A DNA stretch of 32,532 nt from an uncultured Anaerolinea sp. (GTDB lineage: Bacteria > Chloroflexota > Anaerolineae > Anaerolineales > Anaerolineaceae), in assembly GCA_964456715.1 (NCBI GenBank), contig CAYWCH010000001.1, positions 1 to 32,532 on the forward strand. The letters run 5' to 3'. The notes under the pieces were generated by a model. That model saw only the letters and a program-made list of their open reading frames with translations, made no database searches and had not been told where the DNA came from. Below are positions 1-6,709 of this stretch, piece after piece. The position numbers and the translations under genes are program-made. Positions within the stretch are counted from its first letter, which is position 1, and every line of letters starts with the position of its first letter.

Positions 1-2
1 CC

Positions 3-140
3 CCCACCGTGGATCCGGTCAACATGAGCCTGATGATGCTTCCCTTGATCCTGCTTTACTTCCTGTCGGTTCTGTTCGCCTGGTTCGCCCAACGAGGAAA
101 GAAGAAACCAACCGAAGAGGACTCACAAATCTCTGAATAG
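3..140 (+). CDS. 3' end of a CDS entering from the left edge (or a 38-aa ORF from ATG 24); C-terminal membrane anchor, function unknown
   Basis: Frame 3 is open from the window edge to TAG 138-140. It reads ...PVNMSLMMLPLILLYFLSVLFAWFAQRGKKKPTEEDSQISE: one hydrophobic helix followed by a KKK stop-transfer cluster. A hairpin terminator follows at 153-190. Too short or partial to appear in the ORF track. Confidence 0.35.
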   Translation, partial: PTVDPVNMSLMMLPLILLYFLSVLFAWFAQRGKKKPTEEDSQISE

Positions 141-152
141 CTGCAATCGAAG

Positions 153-190
153 AAAAAAGCCCCTTCTCCATTGTTGAGGAAGGGGCTTTT
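153..190. terminator. Hairpin terminator between convergent genes (likely bidirectional)
   Basis: The stem gccccttc (159-166) pairs with gaaggggc (179-186). It is flanked by an A-run (153-158) and a T-run (187-190). It lies between the + strand stop at 140 and the - strand stop at 206. Confidence 0.6.
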
Positions 191-205
191 CTAATCACTC
201 TGAGC

Positions 206-1909
206 TTACTTTCGTTGGTTCTCAACCTCGAAGATGCGCCGCAGGATCGCCACCGATGCCGCGTAGGTCGAATCCATGCCCTCATACGAAAGCGCACCGG
301 CGCCCAGGTTCTTGCCCTTGCTCATCGGCGTGTCTGACGCGTAATGCAGGATGCCGACATCAAACGGCAGGTTGTAGAGATTAACGATCTCGTTGACCGG
401 ATGTCGCTTGGGTTTGTACATCTCGAAGATCGCTGAAAGATAGGGTCCGGCTTCCATTTCAATATCGGTATACCCCTCGCGATAAACCACATCCATCAAG
501 CGTGCGTTTTGCAGGAAGGTACCGAACGCGGAAAGGGCCTTCTGGTTGTCGAGCACGTTTCCGTAGATCAGGTAAGGCGCCACATCGGCTGCGCAAAATG
601 CGTTCTTGAATAAATAGGTGTTTTCGGAATGTTCATCCTGCACCACATTGGGCACCATCACATCGCCGCGGACTCCATTCAGGGTGGCAGCCTTGCCCAG
701 GATGTAAACGCCGAGGATGTTCGAAATATGCTCAGCCACCGCTGTCAGGATATGGTAAGCGCTGAACCCAAGGGGATAGTCGATGTTAACGATCATCGCG
801 TCAGTGTTTGTAAGATCGAGATCGTTAAACCCTTTCATTACCCGTGCGTCAATCGCGCCTTTCTTCAACCTGGAAAGATCGATGACCTGGGCTTCAATGT
901 CGAAAGAATGCAGCGAGGGGATCCGTTTCATCCCCAGCGCAATTTCCCGGGTCATCTGCTCTTTCGCCAGGTATTTTCCGGAGGGTAGTTGCTCCACTTT
1001 CTTTAAAGCATAATATAGGAAATTTTCCTGGTTGGAATCAGCCTCATTTTTTTGGATCTTTTCCCATTCATCGATGAGCGAATCGTTTCGGCTCTGTTTG
1101 AGCAGGGCAATGATCTCATCCCGTTTCTCAAGGGCAAACCCTGAAAGCAGGTTGAGCATGGAGTGTGAATTGCTCGAGATAAAAAAGACCGGCCTCTCAG
1201 ATACATCCGGAGCGGATTGCGCGATATTGTCCCACCAGGTCCGGGTAGCCCGCCAGTATTCACTTAACGAACCGTTCAGCAGCCGTACTTTGAAATCACA
1301 CTTCCTCATGTGGATGATCTGGACAATTCGCGCGAAATCACTTCCCCAAATAGTTCGCAGTCGTTGCAGATCATCCACTGGTATATCCATTGACCCGGCC
1401 AGATCAGCAATGCAGTTTGTGTTGCCGGCGCTGGCGCCATCCAGGCACGAAAGATCACTGTCTTGCAGCAGAAGATGCAACTTGTTCCATTCGATCTGGT
1501 AAGCGGTCAAAATGGGGATCACATCCTCGATATCGGATTGACTGGCGATATAGCAGGCGAGGATATCTTTGCCATCATAATAACAACGGCGGCGTCTGGC
1601 TTTGGCAGAAACCTGCTGCCAGGTCTCCACCTCGCTGTACCCATACCTCGCAAACAAAGAGGCGCTTTGCCCCAGGATGATCGTCTGCACCGCAGGAATG
1701 CATTCGGGCAGACGCAGACTGGCATAGATCAGCGCGGAGATATCCAGGCTGGATTTGCGCGCGTCAAGGTGCAGCGGGGAGTTCATCCCCGCGTGAACCT
1801 CCTCCAGTGTGCGGATATTGATCTCAGTGGATGACCTCAATAGGGAATAAACTGTTCGGATGTACAGTTCGATTTCATCAGTGGCAAGGCGGGGGACAAT
1901 TCTTTCCAT
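206..1909 (-). CDS. Phosphorylase-superfamily (PNP_UDP_1-like) domain protein with a large unrecognised N-terminal region
   Basis: 567-aa ORF starting at ATG 1909. The C-terminal ~200 aa (IVNIDYPLGFSAYH, YILGKAATLNGVRGDVMVP, TDIEMEAGPY, LHYASDTP) reads like the nucleoside phosphorylase/AMP-nucleosidase catalytic fold. I did not recognise the N-terminal ~360 aa. Confidence 0.75.
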   Translation of the reverse strand: MERIVPRLATDEIELYIRTVYSLLRSSTEINIRTLEEVHAGMNSPLHLDARKSSLDISALIYASLRLPECIPAVQTIILGQSASLFARYGYSEVETWQQVSAKARRRRCYYDGKDILACYIASQSDIEDVIPILTAYQIEWNKLHLLLQDSDLSCLDGASAGNTNCIADLAGSMDIPVDDLQRLRTIWGSDFARIVQIIHMRKCDFKVRLLNGSLSEYWRATRTWWDNIAQSAPDVSERPVFFISSNSHSMLNLLSGFALEKRDEIIALLKQSRNDSLIDEWEKIQKNEADSNQENFLYYALKKVEQLPSGKYLAKEQMTREIALGMKRIPSLHSFDIEAQVIDLSRLKKGAIDARVMKGFNDLDLTNTDAMIVNIDYPLGFSAYHILTAVAEHISNILGVYILGKAATLNGVRGDVMVPNVVQDEHSENTYLFKNAFCAADVAPYLIYGNVLDNQKALSAFGTFLQNARLMDVVYREGYTDIEMEAGPYLSAIFEMYKPKRHPVNEIVNLYNLPFDVGILHYASDTPMSKGKNLGAGALSYEGMDSTYAASVAILRRIFEVENQRK

Positions 1910-2005
1910 TGAAAATTTTGCCTTTCTGTCTCAATTGTAGCATAGCCAGCTTGAAGTTCCTTCCCGCCACTATCCAACGGTTCCTTTAAAACAATCGGTT
2001 TTGAT

Positions 2006-2033
2006 TTGAAATCTTTCTCATTTCTCATATAAT
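2006..2033 (+). promoter_or_regulatory. Candidate sigma70-type promoter TTGAAA-16 nt-TATAAT for the 2092 gene
   Basis: ttgaaa at 2006-2011, a 16-nt spacer, tataat at 2028-2033. This is about 58 nt upstream of ATG 2092, which has a GGGAG Shine-Dalgarno sequence. Confidence 0.4.
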
Positions 2034-2091
2034 GAAATATGAAAAGTAGATCGTATGCACGTGCGAATTTACCTTTGAAAGGGAGAAAAAC

Positions 2092-3048
2092 ATGGATAAA
2101 GTAAAATGCTCGAAATGCAACGCTGAAAACGATCCCGGCAATAAGACCTGCCAGTCCTGTGGTGCACCGCTCACTGTCGCCACTGAGAAAACTGTGGTTG
2201 CCAAACGCTCAGCTCCGGAAACAGCAGCAACAAACATGATGCCGCCTCCAGCACCCGTGCCACCGGCCGCGGTACCGGTTCCCCCTGCTGCCCCGATGCC
2301 GCCAGCTGGCGCGCCCATGCCCCCACCACAAGGCCCTTATATGCAGGGACAGATGCCTCCACCGCCCGCATATGGGCAACCCCAGGGGTATGGTTATGCC
2401 CCTGCACCCATGTTCATGGGTACCCCGATTAAAAAATTGGGACTGCACCTGGATGGCTGGAGTGATGTCGTCGAAGATGGCGCTGACTTGGCCAGCAAGG
2501 TGAAGCAGGCGTTCGTTGAAAAGATCACCAAAGAGAATATTCCCGGTCTGCGCATCACCGAAGTTCAACTCACCGGAGATGATACGCCGGCTCGCCCGTA
2601 CACCCTGGTAACCAACGCTCCCGGGGTTGCTGTTCCGGTTCGCGTGGCGCCATATGGAAAAAACCTGGTTGTGAGCTGGGACCTTTATACCAGGCGTACT
2701 GCCAACTGGTTGACGATCGCGTTACTCGGAGGGATCGTTCTTCTGCTGGCTGTGCTGGACAAGGTTGTCTTTGCCTACACATTCGATAATTTCTTCGAGG
2801 GAATGTTCTCTTTCTTCGGGACATTCCTGAGTTGGTTGTTAGTCCCCACCCTGGTGCTGTTATTGTTGGGTAAGATCATCAAAGATGATTGGGTGGGTCT
2901 CTTTGTTAAAGATATCGATTCCTTCGCAGCAGATGATGCCGATACTTTGACAACAATCGTCGACAATGATTTGATCGAAGCGATTGAAGATTGTCTGGAA
3001 CCCCCTGAGCCGGAACCGGCTCCGGCCCCCAAAAAAGCAAAGAAATAA
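2092..3048 (+). CDS. Zinc-ribbon domain membrane protein with a proline-rich low-complexity linker
   Basis: The N-terminus CSKCNAENDPGNKTCQSCG is a CxxC...CxxC zinc ribbon. A linker of about 65 aa is rich in P/A/Q/G/Y/M (PPPAPVPPAAVPVPPAAPMPP...PQGYGYAPAP). A globular segment follows, then two hydrophobic helices (WLTIALLGGIVLLLAVL, LSWLLVPTLVLLLLG) and an acidic/PEPEP tail. Good SD sequence. Confidence 0.85.
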   Translation: MDKVKCSKCNAENDPGNKTCQSCGAPLTVATEKTVVAKRSAPETAATNMMPPPAPVPPAAVPVPPAAPMPPAGAPMPPPQGPYMQGQMPPPPAYGQPQGYGYAPAPMFMGTPIKKLGLHLDGWSDVVEDGADLASKVKQAFVEKITKENIPGLRITEVQLTGDDTPARPYTLVTNAPGVAVPVRVAPYGKNLVVSWDLYTRRTANWLTIALLGGIVLLLAVLDKVVFAYTFDNFFEGMFSFFGTFLSWLLVPTLVLLLLGKIIKDDWVGLFVKDIDSFAADDADTLTTIVDNDLIEAIEDCLEPPEPEPAPAPKKAKK

Positions 3049-3052
3049 CCTG

Positions 3053-3085
3053 AAAAAATCTCCCCGAATAACGGGGAGATTTTTT
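3053..3085. terminator. Bidirectional rho-independent terminator
   Basis: The stem atctccccg (3058-3066) pairs with cggggagat (3072-3080) around a 5-nt loop. It is flanked by A6 (3053-3058) and T5 (3081-3085). It sits between convergent genes ending at 3048 (+) and 3084 (-). Confidence 0.8.
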
Positions 3086-3845
3086 ATTCATTCCAGGTTC
3101 TTAACAAATCAGGTAATTCCTGCAGAGTAGAAATTTCGCCGTCTGGCGTCAGATCTGGCCTGCCCCGCAGCAATTCGCGTGAATACTCAGCCCGTCTGGA
3201 GATCCAGACCGTTTTCATGCCACATTGTCTGGCACCCAGGATATCCGCCTGAAGGGTGTCGCCAACCATGACCATTTCATCGAAACGCAGGTGGAGTTGC
3301 TGTGCTACTTTTTCAAAAATACGTCGATCGGGCTTGCGGTAACCTTCCTCAGCCGAGATCACAATGGTTGAGAAATATTTGCGTAACCCATTCTTCTCGA
3401 TCAGGTTATTAACGTCCCAGGAATCCGAGGCGTTGGTGATCATACCCAGTTGGTAATCCGTGGCTGCCAGCTTGTCCAAAGTCTGAATGGTATCGTCCTC
3501 AAGTTGCCAGTGTTTTTCAGTCACCAGATACATCTCATGGATCGCAGCGACCACTTCATCCTTCGAGGGATACCGCTCCACCAGGTCTTCCAGCGCGTGC
3601 AGCACAATACCGTGGACGGGCAATTCAAGCATATCTTGTTCGCGTTGGGTGTAATACATATGCATCAATCCGCGGAATTTGTCTGCGAAAACATCGCGGT
3701 CCAGGTCATATCCCTGCGCGATCAAGTGATCCACCAACGCCAGGTACGAAGCGCGTGCGACCTCGGTGAGATCTCCGCTGAAATTGATCAAAGTGTATCC
3801 AAGATCAAAGATGATGGCCTTGATCTTTTTTTCCGCCGTCTGCAT
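3084..3845 (-). CDS. HAD-superfamily hydrolase (subfamily IA-like) with an atypical motif I (DxGxT)
   Basis: Motif I is IIFDLGYTL. Motif II is MITNAS. The motif III lysine is in YRKPD. Motif IV is MVGDTLQADI. There is a helical cap between motifs I and II. AGGAGA SD upstream of ATG 3845. Confidence 0.85.
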   Translation of the reverse strand: MQTAEKKIKAIIFDLGYTLINFSGDLTEVARASYLALVDHLIAQGYDLDRDVFADKFRGLMHMYYTQREQDMLELPVHGIVLHALEDLVERYPSKDEVVAAIHEMYLVTEKHWQLEDDTIQTLDKLAATDYQLGMITNASDSWDVNNLIEKNGLRKYFSTIVISAEEGYRKPDRRIFEKVAQQLHLRFDEMVMVGDTLQADILGARQCGMKTVWISRRAEYSRELLRGRPDLTPDGEISTLQELPDLLRTWNE

Positions 3846-3902
3846 TTCTTTTCGTTTCTCCTGTACCTTCCGGGTATGCTATTTTAATAACCCCACCTGT
3901 GG

Positions 3903-4922
3903 TTAATAGCTTCGTTCCCGGTCAAACTTATTGAACATCGGTTCACCGTGCAGGTAACGGACAAGGTTCTCTGCGAACATCATGCCAGCTCTTTCCTTAT
4001 ACTTTGGGCTGAACCCTGAAACGTGCGGGGTCAGGATGATATTGGGTGCCTTCCAAAGTGGGTTCTCGGCAGGCAGTGGTTCCTTGGCGAACACATCCAG
4101 GGCTGCACCCGCCAGTCGTTTCTCTTCGAGCGCATCGATCAGTGCCGCTTCATCGACGATTCCACCCCGGCTGACCACAATCAGGTACGCCCCCTGCTTG
4201 AACGCCTTCAGTTCTTCCGGGCCGATCAGCCCCCTGGTCTGCTCGGTCAATGGCAGGGTGACCACCACAAAATCACACTCACCGACCATCGACTTGAGTG
4301 CCTGGATCGGATAGAGCCGGTGGAACAGGTTGCCTTCAGGATCACCGTGCCCCTCGATCGTGTATCCGGTATCGACGGGATGCATCGCATCCCTCTTGGC
4401 CGCCAGCACTTTTACATTAAAGGGCTGCAGCAGGCGAGCGACCTCGCGGCCGATACTGCCGTACCCTACCAGACCAACGGTCTTGCCGTGCATTTCGAAT
4501 GGGATAAACTTCTCCCACCGGTCGGGTGGCCAGTCATGATGTAGCTGGTTTTGCATTAACTCGGGAAGCCGTCTCGACATGGCCAGTATCATCGCCAGGA
4601 TAAATTCCCCTTCCTGGATCGCCGATGCGCCGCTCATCGAAGTGATGATCAGATCAGGTTTATCCAGCAGCGGGCTTCCCTGCAAGAAATCAATGCCGGC
4701 ATAGTGGTATTGAACCCACTTTAAATTGGGAATGATCGCCGGGTCTGGAACGAGTAGATCCGTGTAAAGAATCTCAGTGTCATTCCAAAGATCGAGGGGG
4801 ATATCTTCCACCGCTTGTGCTGGATGCAGCGTGATGTGCACACGCGGGTTGACCTCATTAAGCCGTTGCATCACACTCACAGGAAACGGGATGGTGGTCA
4901 ATACCTCGATCTTTTTTGCCAT
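3903..4922 (-). CDS. D-isomer-specific 2-hydroxyacid dehydrogenase family, NAD(P)-binding
   Basis: Rossmann motif GLVGYGSIGREVARL, catalytic-region motifs VSRGGIVDEAAL and ILTPHVSG. The start is 4 nt after the stop of the upstream CoA-transferase B gene. Confidence 0.9.
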   Translation of the reverse strand: MAKKIEVLTTIPFPVSVMQRLNEVNPRVHITLHPAQAVEDIPLDLWNDTEILYTDLLVPDPAIIPNLKWVQYHYAGIDFLQGSPLLDKPDLIITSMSGASAIQEGEFILAMILAMSRRLPELMQNQLHHDWPPDRWEKFIPFEMHGKTVGLVGYGSIGREVARLLQPFNVKVLAAKRDAMHPVDTGYTIEGHGDPEGNLFHRLYPIQALKSMVGECDFVVVTLPLTEQTRGLIGPEELKAFKQGAYLIVVSRGGIVDEAALIDALEEKRLAGAALDVFAKEPLPAENPLWKAPNIILTPHVSGFSPKYKERAGMMFAENLVRYLHGEPMFNKFDRERSY

Positions 4923-4926
4923 TTGC

Positions 4927-5700
4927 TCAACCTTTCAAATATATCCCTTCGGGATCCAATTCCTCACGTAGTAATTTTAATTCAGAATCCTTCACCGGTT
5001 CAGTGGTTTTTAGGTTTCCTGCGATCTTGATATCCCAACCGGTGTTTTCCTTCACCTGTTCCACCGTGCAGCCGGCATGGAGCGCTGTGAGTACCAACTC
5101 TCCGCTTTCATCCGGTTCCATCAGTCCCAGGTTGGTCACTACCACCAGCGGTCCCCCGCCGCGGACTCCTGTGGCTTCGCGTTCAGCGCGTCCACCCAGG
5201 AACCCGGCCGAGGTGCGGAAATCGACTTTTTCAGGAAAACGGCGTTTCTGATGCGGGGTCATGATATAGCATCGGTTCGCCCAGGCAGCCATCTCCTGCG
5301 AGCCGCCAGATCCCGGCAGCCTCACCTTGGGGTGGGAATAATCACTGCCGATGACAGTGGCGTTGATGTTGCCAAATTTATCGATCTGCGCGCCACCCAA
5401 AAAACCCACATCCACGTTACCGCGCTGCAGGTAAAGCGTGAAGATGTCATACATGCTGCAAACCGAAGAGGCTCCGCTCACCAGGGTGGGGTCGCCAATC
5501 GAAAGCGGCAGGCGTGCTGGCCGGGCGCCGATCACTCCGGCCTCGTAGATCATTTGCAAGTTGGGTGCGTGAGTCTTTCGCGCCAGGTTGCAGGCCAGGT
5601 TGGGTAGCCCAACCCCCACGAACACCACATCGCCGTCGCGCAGCAGCCTTGCCGCGTTGATGCACATCAATTCAGAGGAAGTGTAGATTTTTTCAGTCAT
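4927..5700 (-). CDS. CoA-transferase subunit B (glutaconate CoA-transferase GctB-like, family I)
   Basis: I start the gene at ATG 5700 (MTEKIYTSSELMCINAARLL...). The 56-aa extension in the ORF track overlaps the upstream gene and is Arg/Gly-rich junk. Glu53 in the MIYEAGVIG context matches the position of the catalytic glutamate of GctB-type beta subunits. Confidence 0.85.
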   Translation of the reverse strand: MTEKIYTSSELMCINAARLLRDGDVVFVGVGLPNLACNLARKTHAPNLQMIYEAGVIGARPARLPLSIGDPTLVSGASSVCSMYDIFTLYLQRGNVDVGFLGGAQIDKFGNINATVIGSDYSHPKVRLPGSGGSQEMAAWANRCYIMTPHQKRRFPEKVDFRTSAGFLGGRAEREATGVRGGGPLVVVTNLGLMEPDESGELVLTALHAGCTVEQVKENTGWDIKIAGNLKTTEPVKDSELKLLREELDPEGIYLKG

Positions 5701-5750
5701 AATCTTTCCACTAATTACACGAATTTTAGCGAATCTCGCTAAATTAACGA

Positions 5751-6653
5751 TTAATACTCTCCGTAGTCCACCGCTGCCGCAGGATGCGACTTGACCTTGA
5801 GCCGGTCGTGAGTTTCCTTGCCCAGTTTCTCCCAGTATTCCGCCGCGTCCTTCACGCCGTAGACCCACTCGTCCAACCAGGCCTTGGTGGTCGCGGCATC
5901 CTCGGTAATCTTGTCCCAGTTGAGGTAGAAGGCGTTGTCGCGGTCGTAATACCCCTGCGTGTACGAGGGATGCGCGCAGTGCGGCACGTGGCAGACTGCG
6001 TCCACGATCAGTTCGGGAATCAGGGTGCGGTTGGGATCAGAGCGGATCACCGACTCGTCCACGATCTCTTCCGCGGTGATGATGACGTGTTCAGATGCGA
6101 ACGCCACCTCTTTCTGTTCACCGATGATGCCCCAGATGTGCGCGTTGCCGTTCTTATCGGCGCGTTGCACGTGGATGATGGCCACGTCTGGATGCAATGG
6201 CGGCACGGTGATCACTTCACGTCCGGTGTATGGATCCTTGACCCGTTTGATATTCGGATTGTTCTTTTCCAGGTCCGTCGCCGCAGTCTGGTTCATCGGA
6301 ATGAACGGCAGCCCAGCCGCCCCTGCTTGAAGTCTGGAAATCATACCGAAGTGCGAATACTCCTCCCACTCCAACCGCCCGGCTTCGAGTTCATTGCGCA
6401 CGATGCGCAGCGACCCCACCCCCGGGTTGCCGATGTAGGAGAAGATCAGTTTTTTGGCGCAGCCGGCTGCCACCATCTGGTCGTAGATCAAGTCGGGAGT
6501 GGCTCGTGCCAGGATGAGATCTTTTCTGCCCTGGCGAATGATCTCGTGCCCGGCTGCGAACGGGATCAAATGGGTAAACCCCGCGCAATAGACAGTATCG
6601 CCATCATGGACGTAATTCGATATTTCTTCAGAGAGTGAACAAAGTTTTGACAT
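5751..6653 (-). CDS. CoA-transferase subunit A (GctA-like, family I)
   Basis: I start the gene at ATG 6653 (MSKLCSLSEEISNYVHDGDTVYCAGF...), which has an AGGA SD. The 84-aa upstream extension in the ORF track runs through a hairpin and into the ALDH gene. Subunit-A-like motifs: GNPGVGS, AAGLPF, AHPSYTQGYYDRDN. Confidence 0.85.
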   Translation of the reverse strand: MSKLCSLSEEISNYVHDGDTVYCAGFTHLIPFAAGHEIIRQGRKDLILARATPDLIYDQMVAAGCAKKLIFSYIGNPGVGSLRIVRNELEAGRLEWEEYSHFGMISRLQAGAAGLPFIPMNQTAATDLEKNNPNIKRVKDPYTGREVITVPPLHPDVAIIHVQRADKNGNAHIWGIIGEQKEVAFASEHVIITAEEIVDESVIRSDPNRTLIPELIVDAVCHVPHCAHPSYTQGYYDRDNAFYLNWDKITEDAATTKAWLDEWVYGVKDAAEYWEKLGKETHDRLKVKSHPAAAVDYGEY

Positions 6654-6670
6654 ATTTTGGTCCTGTTTAT

Positions 6671-6700
6671 AGAAACCCGGTTTTGATAAACCGGGTTTCT
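6671..6700 (-). promoter_or_regulatory. Perfect 30-nt palindrome: intercistronic stem-loop between the ALDH and CoA-transferase A genes
   Basis: agaaacccggttt-tgat-aaaccgggtttct gives a 13-bp perfect stem and a 4-nt loop. It lies 10 nt after the ALDH stop (6710) and 17 nt before ATG 6653. No U-tract follows it on the sense (minus) transcript. Confidence 0.55.
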
Positions 6701-6709
6701 TTTGAGTGA

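Noticed and set aside
206-1909. The PNP-like protein as an effector of a two-component-type anti-phage system (Detocs-like), given the nearby kinase and receiver genes.
   Set aside because: The PNP-like protein has no receiver domain. It is 8.8 kb from the kinase, on the opposite strand, and separated by unrelated metabolic genes and terminators. The kinase is a PAS/GAF sensor with its own HD-GYP partner.
1837-2028. 63-aa minus-strand ORF in the 1910-2091 intergenic region.
   Set aside because: It overlaps the 5' end of the 206-1909 gene out of frame and covers the candidate promoter of the 2092 gene. It has no SD and no recognisable features.
2025-2318. 97-aa Gly/Ala-rich ORF (GGIGAAGGTGTAAGGTGAGGG).
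   Set aside because: It is the reverse-complement reading of the proline-rich tract of the 2092-3048 gene, so it is a compositional artefact.
5784-6638. Long antisense ORFs inside well-supported genes: 5784-6638 (284 aa), 25212-26165 (317 aa), 26265-27149 (294 aa), 30675-31316 (213 aa), 8728-9321, 9454-10050, 23068-23616 and 4023-4544.
   Set aside because: Each lies fully opposite a gene with clear family motifs. Their products are Arg/Gly/Val/His-rich and low in information, with no SD or promoter. This is the usual shadow-frame effect in GC-rich coding DNA.
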